This document shows positions 38,483-46,996 of a stretch of DNA of 64,000 bases, piece by piece; position 1 is the first letter of the stretch; the number at the start of each line of letters is the position of its first letter. Made by a program: the position numbers and the translations under genes. This DNA is from a virus. The DNA is taken from positions 64,566 to 128,565 of the IMG/VR virus record IMGVR_UViG_3300008952_000015; one strand, 5' to 3'. The notes beneath the pieces were generated by a model that did not search any database, was not told the DNA's origin, and saw only the letters and a list, made by a program, of their open reading frames with translations.

Positions 38483-39496
38483 TTATTTAATCTTTGCCAC
38501 GTCATCTCCTAAACCATCCGGCTCATCAGAGCTGTTAGTATCTAATTCTCCGCTAAGAATATCAGATATGTGTTCGCGTATCCTGCTTCTAGTTGGGCGG
38601 CCAGCCTCGCCTGTATCTTTTTTATATTCGGCGTGCTCCCACTCAACACCTGCATCTTTTAAAAACTCATTTGCCTCAATTATCATTTCAGTATGAGTAG
38701 TTACTTTTCCCTTTGTTCCTTTGACGAAAGATATCCATCTTCGTCCCGGCTCATTGTTGTTTATAATAAACTTCGAAATAACTTTACCAAGCTTTCGTAT
38801 AACCTCGCTATATGCCTCTTTGTCAAATGGTACAGAGAATTTTTCTCCAACTAATTTATCCCAATCTTTCGTGAGCATCCCGCTCGCTCTCTGAGAGGGA
38901 TCTTTGAAAAGTCCAGGCACATCATATCCGGGGAAACTCTCCCACATATCCTCAGGAACAATTCCTAATGGTTCAGATATTGTCACCCAATAAGCGAGTT
39001 TTTCTTTTTCGTTTAATCGATCCTTAATATCACTATAGGCCTTATAATACTGTCCAGAGCCAGGGCAGCTCTCTCCCCAAGGCTTTGAGGCTGCACATGG
39101 GACTAAAATAATATGCTTATACTTCTCTGGAATTATAAAGTCTTCTATCTCTTCAAACCAAGCTTGTATTTTAGGATTTTTTAATAAATCTAAAACCTCA
39201 CCTGGAGTATAGGCTGTTAGTTCTGGGTCATATTTGAAATCTTCTGTCTCTTTGTAGCTTGAGCTAGGCTTTTTATCTACAAGATGAGGCCGTAAGATAT
39301 TGTCGTAAGTATCTTGATCTATATAAGGAAAGCTGCTTCCTTCCTTTTCCTTACCCCACTGATCAGCCTCCCATTTGGATACAGGCGCAGCCTGTTTTAA
39401 TATCAAGTCAGCTTGATCCGCAAGAGAGTATAGTCCACCACTATCTAACTCATTGGCTATCAAAATTAATTCTTTAATGGCCCTCAGATTCATCAT
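38483..39496 (-). CDS. Helical tag + DUF5591 (archaeosine synthase-associated)-like domain
   Basis: AIKELILIANELDSGGLYSLADQADLILKQA tag; LVPCAASKPW, ISEPLGIVP and YDVP motifs. Confidence 0.65.
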   Translation of the reverse strand: MMNLRAIKELILIANELDSGGLYSLADQADLILKQAAPVSKWEADQWGKEKEGSSFPYIDQDTYDNILRPHLVDKKPSSSYKETEDFKYDPELTAYTPGEVLDLLKNPKIQAWFEEIEDFIIPEKYKHIILVPCAASKPWGESCPGSGQYYKAYSDIKDRLNEKEKLAYWVTISEPLGIVPEDMWESFPGYDVPGLFKDPSQRASGMLTKDWDKLVGEKFSVPFDKEAYSEVIRKLGKVISKFIINNNEPGRRWISFVKGTKGKVTTHTEMIIEANEFLKDAGVEWEHAEYKKDTGEAGRPTRSRIREHISDILSGELDTNSSDEPDGLGDDVAKIK

Positions 39497-40056
39497 ATTC
39501 CAACTTCGTGCTCTTCTTCTATTAAATAATATTTTACAGCTTCTACTAAAAAAGAGAAGTCTTCGCTATAATGAGGGTTGTCTGATGCCTCACCTTCTGC
39601 CGCTTGTTCTGCCTCAGACACAACGTCTCTAATGAGCTGATTAATATCAGACTCCCCCAGATCATGATACAGGTCTGCTAATCTATCTGGAAGCACCTCT
39701 ATTATATACATTATAAGCGTTGTACTGCCGTGATAAGCATATTCTGAAAGCTTGCGCTCCCCACCTTCATGCTCGAATTTTGCGTCAGGAGATAAATTCT
39801 TTAGAGCGAACTCTCTAATCATATTATTTCTTCTTTCGTCTCTTTTGTCCTCAAAGTTAACAACCTCTCCCAGCTGTTCTTCCTCATCAAGCGTGTCACT
39901 TTTAGGCTCTAGCTTAGGCCTTAAAGCTCTAGCTCTTTCTTCAAAATTAATAATATCAGCTGCAAGTTTATCTAAAACACTTGCCTCTTTCAAAAGACCT
40001 CGACTATCCAGCTCTGCGGCTATTGAGATCAACTCTTTTATATATTTATTCTTCAT
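39493..40056 (-). CDS. Protein with N-terminal helical tag
   Basis: YIKELISIAAELDSRGLLKEASVLDKLA. Confidence 0.75.
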   Translation of the reverse strand: MKNKYIKELISIAAELDSRGLLKEASVLDKLAADIINFEERARALRPKLEPKSDTLDEEEQLGEVVNFEDKRDERRNNMIREFALKNLSPDAKFEHEGGERKLSEYAYHGSTTLIMYIIEVLPDRLADLYHDLGESDINQLIRDVVSEAEQAAEGEASDNPHYSEDFSFLVEAVKYYLIEEEHEVGI

Positions 40057-40104
40057 GTGATATTCCTGCGTATATTGGACTAGGCTGCTCTAAATCCCCA
40101 CTAC

Positions 40105-40120
40105 TATTAGTATACTAATA
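40105..40120. promoter_or_regulatory. Palindromic divergent late-promoter-like element
   Basis: TATTAGTATACTAATA is a perfect palindrome between divergent genes 40056(-) and 40147(+). Confidence 0.55.
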
Positions 40121-40146
40121 ATTACTATAAGTGAAGGGAGTCTGAT

Positions 40147-40551
40147 ATGAAAAAGATCGCAGCAGATAGAAATTATAGAATATTTAGAAAAAAAGCTAAC
40201 CTTGTATTAAAGACAGCAATAGCTGCTTCTTATGAAGAACATATGAAAGATGGTTATCAGGTGTCTTCGCTAGACCCTGAGATAGAGAGGATCGACATAA
40301 CTAAAGACGACGATGGAGTCATAACTCTGTCAGCTGATATTGCCGCCATTGTGTCGAGAAATATCAATAAAGCCGGACCTCTTCTCTCAGAGATAGCAGA
40401 ACAACTGGATAGAGCGTTGGCCTTTGAAACAGCCTACTACGTGCTCGACCCCAGACTAATTTCGTTAATAAACAATCTTGAAGAAGCTAATGAAAAACTA
40501 TTTAATGCAGGAATGCAAGCAAATCATTTGCGAGATGGAACCGGAGACTGA
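40147..40551 (+). CDS. Hypothetical protein with MKKIAA start
   Basis: GGGAG RBS; N-terminus resembles that of 45118-45273. Confidence 0.7.
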   Translation: MKKIAADRNYRIFRKKANLVLKTAIAASYEEHMKDGYQVSSLDPEIERIDITKDDDGVITLSADIAAIVSRNINKAGPLLSEIAEQLDRALAFETAYYVLDPRLISLINNLEEANEKLFNAGMQANHLRDGTGD

Positions 40552-40582
40552 GGGCTTTTAGAAGATCTCTCTAGCATTAGGT

Positions 40583-41275
40583 TTATGCATGATCAATAGT
40601 CTTAGAGAGATGATCCTTTATCAGCCATAGCTCTGCCATAATCTCTTCAGAGGCTGCCTTTATACCGCCTTCAGAACGACCCGATGGATCTTCTCTCAGG
40701 ATAGTAACGGCAAGATTTGATTCCTTATCCTCAATCTGTTCGGTTACTGAACCAATAATGCTAATTAGACCCTCTACTCCTAATGATAATGCTGCTATAA
40801 AGCGTGCTGGAGCATGTTTAGCTAAAAGAATTATTCCGCCGCTAGACCGAAGGCTCTTAAGAAGATTAAAGGCTCTAAGCGCAGCTCCAGCAGGAACTGT
40901 AATTGCGGCAGATAAAAGATTAAAGAAACCATTAAGGTTCTCCCCTTTTTTAAAGTACCCTATTGCAGCAGTAATGTCTATAAGCATAGTTCCTTTCATG
41001 GCGGCTATACCCCCTGCTGTTGTAACTGGATCAGGCCAAACTATAGCTCCTGCTGCCGCAACTTTTCCAAATATAGATATAACCTCTAATACTTCTGGAT
41101 TTCCCATAAGAAGCTCATAAACACCTTTTCCTGAACTTGGTGGAGCAGACTCAACGTGCTGTAGTAGACCAGAGCCATCTAAAGACTCTTTTATTATCTG
41201 ATCTAGAGCATCAGCTTCCTTGCATAGACCCTTTGAGTCCAAAGTATTTGCAATTATAATAAGATCTTTTATCAC
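40583..41275 (-). CDS. Hydrophobic protein with N-terminal helical tag
   Basis: MIKDLIIIANTLDSKGLCKEADALDQII; Ala/Gly-rich hydrophobic helices. Confidence 0.75.
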   Translation of the reverse strand: MIKDLIIIANTLDSKGLCKEADALDQIIKESLDGSGLLQHVESAPPSSGKGVYELLMGNPEVLEVISIFGKVAAAGAIVWPDPVTTAGGIAAMKGTMLIDITAAIGYFKKGENLNGFFNLLSAAITVPAGAALRAFNLLKSLRSSGGIILLAKHAPARFIAALSLGVEGLISIIGSVTEQIEDKESNLAVTILREDPSGRSEGGIKAASEEIMAELWLIKDHLSKTIDHA

Positions 41276-41403
41276 AATAAACTCCTTATTATCTTGATCT
41301 TAAATATTAATAGCCCCAACGGTCGCCGCCCACGCTCTTAGTTTGTTTTTGTTCGACGCAAAAATTTTTTTAAATCAACCCTCGCATCTTTCTTTTGTTT
41401 GCT

Positions 41404-41781
41404 TTAGTTATGTTTGACGCGAAAATTTTTTGAGAGGTTAGCGTACTTGACTAGCAAAGCTAGTCTGGATTGACTTGGGGACAATGATTCTTTAGATCCA
41501 AGTCTTACTCTTTGGTATTGGGAGTTAGCATAAGCATCATTATACTTGGCTATACCTACTAGCCTTGCCTTCTTACCCTTACCTCTATATATGTACTCTC
41601 CGGGGTTAGAGGCCTCCTCTGCTTCGTCTTTGCCTACTATCACTACGAATACCCCATAGTCTTCTCCGTGGTACATAGAGGACGTTATAGCGTGCTCTCT
41701 GGCGAACCTAATGGATGGGGTTAGGTAGTCTCCGTTTCTAATCCCATCTGCTTCTATTGGCATGGCTCTATAAAAAATCAT
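41404..41781 (-). CDS. Hypothetical protein, ADP-ribosyltransferase-fold-like motif pattern
   Basis: IFYRA...GDYLTPS..FA..H...EY pattern. Confidence 0.5.
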   Translation of the reverse strand: MIFYRAMPIEADGIRNGDYLTPSIRFAREHAITSSMYHGEDYGVFVVIVGKDEAEEASNPGEYIYRGKGKKARLVGIAKYNDAYANSQYQRVRLGSKESLSPSQSRLALLVKYANLSKNFRVKHN

Positions 41782-42411
41782 TTGTTTTTAAACTCGAAGT
41801 GATATATTAGTCTTGGTGGTCCAGAGCCTTTTTGTGATTTAATTACTTTAGACGGCTTAATTCCGCAGGTCCACTTCTTAATCATTTTTTTTGTAACCAT
41901 ATGATGACAATTGCTTTCATCTTCCATTCTCCATAAATAAGGAAAAGAAAGGATCGCTCCCTTAGAAATTCTCATTACTTCAGAGAAGGCTTGCTCCTGC
42001 TTTCCCCCTAAGTGCTCCCATACCTGTAGTGCAACAAATAGATCGAACTGCTTGTCCTCAAAAGGCCACGGAGTATCTGTTGCATCGTGTCTTACCCACG
42101 GGTTGCGTAACGTGCTTAGAAAAGATTTTCTTAAATCCATAACAGTGCTTGTCTTGCACAAAGGCATACTAGCGCAACCTACTTCTAATACGGAATTAAT
42201 ACTTCTTGGTATTGTTTTTATTTTATCAATAACCTGAGATGTATAGGCCCATCTGCTTTCCTTCCAATAGCCTGGGTTTATTTTTTGCGCTTCCTTAAAG
42301 TCTGCGTAAGCTACCAGCTCAGGTTTAGTGAGTTTTTTGATTATTTTCATAGGTAGTCTCCGTTTCTAATCCCATCTGCTTCTATTGGCATGGCTCTATA
42401 GAAAATCATTT
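41722..42411. repeat. 62-bp direct repeat pair (41722-41783 and 42350-42411) flanking a methyltransferase gene
   Basis: The two copies are identical except for one base. Confidence 0.95.
41778..42350 (-). CDS. Class I SAM-dependent methyltransferase
   Basis: VLEVGCA and PFEDKQFDL...VWEHL motifs. Confidence 0.8.
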   Translation of the reverse strand: MKIIKKLTKPELVAYADFKEAQKINPGYWKESRWAYTSQVIDKIKTIPRSINSVLEVGCASMPLCKTSTVMDLRKSFLSTLRNPWVRHDATDTPWPFEDKQFDLFVALQVWEHLGGKQEQAFSEVMRISKGAILSFPYLWRMEDESNCHHMVTKKMIKKWTCGIKPSKVIKSQKGSGPPRLIYHFEFKNK

Positions 42412-42617
42412 TAATTCTCTATTTCATCTAAAGATTCTTCTTCAGTATCGCAGACAACAGTTCCCGCTTGGAAAGCTTCGTCCTTAGTTATGTTTGTATC
42501 GTCTAAGTCTGAGAAATCTCCAAGGTCGCTTATTATCTCATCTAAAGCATCAGCTTCTTTCCGAAGTCCTTTTGCATCCAGCTCATTTGCCAGTTTAATT
42601 AATTCTTTTATAATCAT
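42411..42617 (-). CDS. Minimal protein: helical tag plus acidic tail
   Basis: MIIKELIKLANELDAKGLRKEADALDEII. Confidence 0.75.
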   Translation of the reverse strand: MIIKELIKLANELDAKGLRKEADALDEIISDLGDFSDLDDTNITKDEAFQAGTVVCDTEEESLDEIEN

Positions 42618-42622
42618 AATAT

Positions 42623-43057
42623 TTACTTCCTTTTGTAATCGTCTTCGATGATCTCGTAAGCAGTCTCTACTCGATCAGACGACTCTATAACCACTGAGTC
42701 CTCCAAGGCTGTTAGCCTATAGGGGCATCCAGAGGGTACTGATAAAGCTTGCTTGGGATTTAGCTCTGTTGTCATCATACGCTTAGGATCTGTAGTCTTG
42801 TGGTCCCCATACATAACCTCTAGCTTTCCTGATACTAAGTAAAAAGATTCGTTCTTTACTTGGTACTTCTTTAGGGATGTTCTATGTCCCTTTTTAATAT
42901 TTATTATTTTACAGTGCGATACCGTACTTGTTGTGGCCCATGTAGTCTCCAGCCCCCACGGTTTGTCTTTTGTTGTTACGTCGCTTATCCAAGGGACTTT
43001 AATCTCATAGCCCATATCTTTCCTTAATTTATTTATTTTATATTTGTACCTTAACAA
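42623..43057 (-). CDS. Cupin (mannose-6-phosphate isomerase-like) protein
   Basis: KPWG, RTSL, KNES and VPSGCPYRL motifs; canonical His ligands appear replaced. Confidence 0.7.
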   Translation of the reverse strand: MLRYKYKINKLRKDMGYEIKVPWISDVTTKDKPWGLETTWATTSTVSHCKIINIKKGHRTSLKKYQVKNESFYLVSGKLEVMYGDHKTTDPKRMMTTELNPKQALSVPSGCPYRLTALEDSVVIESSDRVETAYEIIEDDYKRK

Positions 43058-43147
43058 ACATCCCGAAACTTAATTAACTGAAACTACTCTCATCTGATCT
43101 AATGCCCTTAAAAATTAATTATTTATATATATATGTTTTAGGAGGCC

Positions 43148-43684
43148 TTACTCATCCTCTGGCTCTTGGAACTTACGGTATTCGTTTCCAAGACTGTCAA
43201 TAGCATGGCCTGGGTTCTTTTGTTCAAACTGCCATTTCTCAAAGGCAAGTTCACTAGGATCTCGCTTTTCCTTCTGCATTGATTTCTCATTCAGAATATC
43301 CCGCTCAAGCTTTCGGATTGTTCCCTTTATATTAGCGGCAAACCTAAGAAACGGCTCGTGCAGCATACCAAGATCATCGCTTATATCATTTCTTCTTTTA
43401 ATATATTCAACAGCGTCCTTGTACCAGCTAGTTGCAAACTCTTCTGCGGCCATCTCTCGGCCATAAAAAAACATATCTTTTGCTTCTTCATCTGTATTAT
43501 ACGTCTTTAGATAAAACTCTAAATTATCCTCATTCAAAGCATCATCGCCTGAGCTTAAGTCTGTGTCCTCATCGCCCTCTTCAGCCGCCATTCTAATTAT
43601 CTTATCCAAGATGCCAGCCTCTTCAGCCAAGCCTCTCTGATCTAACTCATTCGCTAATTTAATTAATTCTTTTATCATCTTCAT
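43148..43684 (-). CDS. Protein with N-terminal helical tag
   Basis: MIKELIKLANELDQRGLAEEAGILDKIIRMA. Confidence 0.75.
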   Translation of the reverse strand: MKMIKELIKLANELDQRGLAEEAGILDKIIRMAAEEGDEDTDLSSGDDALNEDNLEFYLKTYNTDEEAKDMFFYGREMAAEEFATSWYKDAVEYIKRRNDISDDLGMLHEPFLRFAANIKGTIRKLERDILNEKSMQKEKRDPSELAFEKWQFEQKNPGHAIDSLGNEYRKFQEPEDE

Positions 43685-43993
43685 ATCCTTTGGGTTCTGA
43701 GTCCTTAACAACCAAGTCCTGCCTTTTTATTTAATATTAGTATGTGCGCGTGTGTATAGGACCTGTGCATCTTTTGCGTGTGCGTGTATGGTCATCAGTG
43801 TGCGTGTGTGCGAGCCTCTATTCTTACTGATCTAAGCAGCCTCAGTTCTTATACAAAAGTCTGAAAAAATTTCCAGCGGAAAAATTTGGAAAACCGTTTT
43901 TTCTTATATGAAACATCCAAAAAAGGTTCCGTGGGAAAAACTACGCTACGCCGTTTTTTACCGTTTTTCACAGAAAACTGAAGATTTTTAGCC

Positions 43994-44102
43994 GAAAAAA
44001 AAGGTCTTTTGCTCTCAGAAAAAAGGGTCTTTGATTTCCAGAAAAAAAGGTCTTTTTACCCCAGAAAATAGGTTGCTTTGTTTCTCACAGAGAAAAAGTC
44101 TT
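43994..44102. repeat. Iteron-like ~23-24-bp periodic repeats
   Basis: GAAAAAA(A/G)GGTCTTT at 43994, 44018 and 44041; degenerate copies at 44064 and 44090. Confidence 0.7.
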
Positions 44103-44242
44103 ATGCTCTGTAAAATTTCTTCAGGTTCTCCTGCGTTTTTTTGGGACTATTCCTCCTTATATATATAAAAATAAAAAAACCAGCGTAGCTTTGTGGGCTA
44201 GGCTGGTTTAGTGGGGCTACCCTCTATATATATTCTATTTAC

Positions 44243-44782
44243 TTACTCGTCTGTATCGTCTGGTAGGTAGGGAAGTTCCTCATCTTCAATATCGGGAGAG
44301 TTCTTGGAAGGAATAGTTTTATTATCCTTATAGGTAAAGTTGAATTCTAACTGAGTGTTATAGGGGAATCCTTTTTCTTCATCATCCTCTCCAACAACAA
44401 AGTAATCATCCACGTTATCATAATTAAAAGGATTATATTCGAAGTCATAGTCTAGCGTATCACTATGATTTCCATAATTAAATTGTGGGGTGGTGAAAGT
44501 AGAGAACGTATTTTTATTCTCATACTTCGGAAAAGAATATTTAGATATATTCTCTTCGCTGAGATACCGATAGTATTCATCAGCGGAACAGGCGAGGTTA
44601 GACTCTTGGTCTATCTGATATAAGAAGGGGTGAGTTGGAAGATTTAGTTCTAAGAAATTAATTATCTCTCCCTTGGGCTGGGAGAAAAGAATCTTTTTAT
44701 CTGTTACTGAATTGTATAAGTCATAATGATTCTCGGCAACTTCAATAAGATAAAATCCTAATCCATAGTTTAAGTCTGACAT
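44243..44782 (-). CDS. Acidic Tyr/Asn-rich hypothetical protein
   Basis: 179-aa ORF with AGGAG RBS. Confidence 0.7.
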   Translation of the reverse strand: MSDLNYGLGFYLIEVAENHYDLYNSVTDKKILFSQPKGEIINFLELNLPTHPFLYQIDQESNLACSADEYYRYLSEENISKYSFPKYENKNTFSTFTTPQFNYGNHSDTLDYDFEYNPFNYDNVDDYFVVGEDDEEKGFPYNTQLEFNFTYKDNKTIPSKNSPDIEDEELPYLPDDTDE

Positions 44783-45117
44783 AATGTTCTCTCTCCTTTT
44801 GCCTTGCGGTGTGTTTGATATTTTAATATTACTATGAAAAATGTATATAGATTAAATATTTATTAAAATAATAAAATCTTTTTAACATTCCATTAACTAT
44901 CACTGTTGCTTTCTTGAAACATTATTATTACCTGATACCTCTATCAGTTGTAAACTCAAATGTTTTATTAACAGGTTATCAGTACCCCAAGGAAACTGAT
45001 GGCATACCCATCCACAACGATATAACTGGTGGATAATTTTTAAGAAATAAAAGGTGGAGGAGGGTCTAATAGTAGCGGGCACTGCTACCTCTATAGCTGG
45101 TTAGATGCTATGTAAAA

Positions 45118-45273
45118 CTAATGCCCGTGAGTCCTGATAGCTGCTGCGAGTTTTTTATCAAACTCTTCTCTTAGTTGCTTAAGAATTGCGCTCAACTGAT
45201 TGTGATCTACCAACTGTCTTTTCTGGGCTAACTTTAATAATTTATATTTTTTTTCTGCCGCTATTTTCTTCAT
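45118..45273 (-). CDS. Small protein with MKKIAA start
   Basis: GAGG RBS; resembles the 40147 N-terminus. Confidence 0.55.
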   Translation of the reverse strand: MKKIAAEKKYKLLKLAQKRQLVDHNQLSAILKQLREEFDKKLAAAIRTHGH

Positions 45274-45375
45274 GGGGTCACCTCTATCAAACAGGCTTTT
45301 ATTAGTATATGTAAAACTATTGCCCTGAGTAATGAACAGAACTATAGCCATAAGTAATCCATTTGGGGTAAAGTA

Positions 45376-45678
45376 TTATTCTTTATCTAACATAAAGGTA
45401 GCCCTAGTATCAGCTATTGCACCCCTATATTCTAAAGTTAAATCTCCCTTTAAGACCTGCCCGCGCCGCCTGGTTGAATTTACTGGGCTACTGGGGCTAT
45501 CTGTTTTTTTATTATTCTTTACATTCAAAACCTCATTATGAATGTAGCTTATAGATCTCACCATAGCCTTCTGATTATTATTTAAAGCTTTTATTTTAGC
45601 CAGCATAAACTGAAAGACCACGCCCATCGAAACTGTAAGGAGTATGAATAGAGCATAGAATGTAAACTCTTGAGACAT
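45376..45678 (-). CDS. Membrane-anchored hypothetical protein
   Basis: N-terminal TM helix. Confidence 0.6.
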   Translation of the reverse strand: MSQEFTFYALFILLTVSMGVVFQFMLAKIKALNNNQKAMVRSISYIHNEVLNVKNNKKTDSPSSPVNSTRRRGQVLKGDLTLEYRGAIADTRATFMLDKE

Positions 45679-45706
45679 AATTATATCCTTTCTATTAAAT
45701 AAAGAA

Positions 45707-45789
45707 AGGGCTCTTAAAGCATAGTTCCTGGGCCGCCTTACTGATTTACTGGGCGAATTTCGGAAAGTATAGCTTGCTTTAAGAGCCCT
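45707..45789. other. 15-bp perfect inverted repeat enclosing 53 nt (small RNA candidate)
   Basis: AGGGCTCTTAAAGCA ... TGCTTTAAGAGCCCT. Confidence 0.6.
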
Positions 45790-46083
45790 GTTATATTTAA
45801 TACTACTCTATTTAATATAAATTATTTTGCAAGTCGCGAACATCTCTTTATTTTTTTGCCTATAGAGTATTTAATCAATGGCTTTTAATGTATCTATAAA
45901 CCAGATTAAATGCCCAGCTGGTTACGAGCTCGACGCTTAACGAGTCATTCTTTCTTTCTAATATTTTTTATTAAATTTTGTAAACCTTTTGCCCGGCTTA
46001 CATCGCATTCTAAGTCACAGCGATTGCAATAAATGATAGCCTATTTCTATTAAAAATCATTCTTATATTTATTTTTGAGATTT

Positions 46084-46102
46084 TTTTCTACATCGGTTAT
46101 AT
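46084..46102 (+). promoter_or_regulatory. Extended phage promoter motif
   Basis: TTTTCTACATCGGTTATAT preceded by TTGAGA. Confidence 0.8.
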
Positions 46103-46150
46103 CGTTGTGCAGGGTGGTCCTGCTCCTAACAACCAAGAAAAGGAAAACCA

Positions 46151-46633
46151 ATGAGCGACAAAACAAACATTTTTGCTAACGAAAACAGCGAGTCTCCGCT
46201 TCAGACTATCCGCCAGACCATGAGTGTTGCGGTGGATGATGATGGAACTCCTAATGTGAACTTCGCCACGAATCGTGGTAAGGGAAGTGGATCTCAAACC
46301 ATTCCTGTTGCTGACTACGCCGAGGTAGTTAGTACGCTTCAAGAGTATGCAGATGCTGGCATCGAGGGCAGAGAGGAAGAGAGTCTTTCCCCTGCCGAAA
46401 CAATCCGCCGCACCATTCGCGTTGAAGATGGTATGATTTCGTTCCGAACTCGATCTGGTAAAGGCTCTAAGCCAGCCAAGATTCCTTTGGCTCAGTTTGG
46501 CGAAGTCTGCTCTTTGCTTACTGAAACTGTCTCCGCTGTTGAGGCTGCTGGAAGTAAGCTTAGTTCGGCAGAAGAAGAGGCCGATAATTCCGAAGCTTGG
46601 GACGATCAATATGACGATCTAAGCGAAGAGTAA
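46151..46633 (+). CDS. Paralogue 1 of a triplicated two-repeat putative nucleic-acid-binding protein
   Basis: High similarity to 51089-51496 and 55520-55966; internal duplication. Confidence 0.8.
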   Translation: MSDKTNIFANENSESPLQTIRQTMSVAVDDDGTPNVNFATNRGKGSGSQTIPVADYAEVVSTLQEYADAGIEGREEESLSPAETIRRTIRVEDGMISFRTRSGKGSKPAKIPLAQFGEVCSLLTETVSAVEAAGSKLSSAEEEADNSEAWDDQYDDLSEE

Positions 46634-46642
46634 TCTCTCAAT

Positions 46643-46679
46643 AAAAAGGCCCAGGCAGCGATCTAATGCTGCCTGGGCC
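46643..46679. terminator. Terminator hairpin between convergent genes
   Basis: GGCCCAGGCAGC/GCTGCCTGGGCC stem. Confidence 0.75.
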
Positions 46680-46714
46680 ACCCTTTGCTTAAACTGTAAA
46701 ACTATTGCCCTGAG

Positions 46715-46897
46715 TTAGTCTACCGTCTTACCTAGGGTTAACTTAACTAAATCTGCTGCGTTCTTCTTCAGAGTTCTCAAGCCCTTTCTAGCTCTAGTCC
46801 CTGCTGCAGCATTACCTCCAGCATTCTTCATTACATCTGTTTCTAAAGAGTCTACTAACTCCTTGAGTTCTTGCCATTTTGTTTCTACTGTAGCCAT
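46715..46897 (-). CDS. Histone H1-like (Hc1 family) protein
   Basis: GNAAAGTRARKGL motif typical of Hc1-like proteins. Confidence 0.75.
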   Translation of the reverse strand: MATVETKWQELKELVDSLETDVMKNAGGNAAAGTRARKGLRTLKKNAADLVKLTLGKTVD

Positions 46898-46996
46898 AAA
46901 AAAATCTCCTTATATAATATTTATTTTTTTACAGGGAAGACACCCCGTCAAATCTATTCTACTTAATTTGTAAAACTATTGCCCAAAAAATTTACC

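Noticed and set aside
41722-42411. Insertion sequence with target-site duplication
   Set aside because: No transposase or terminal inverted repeats, and 62 bp is far longer than typical IS duplications
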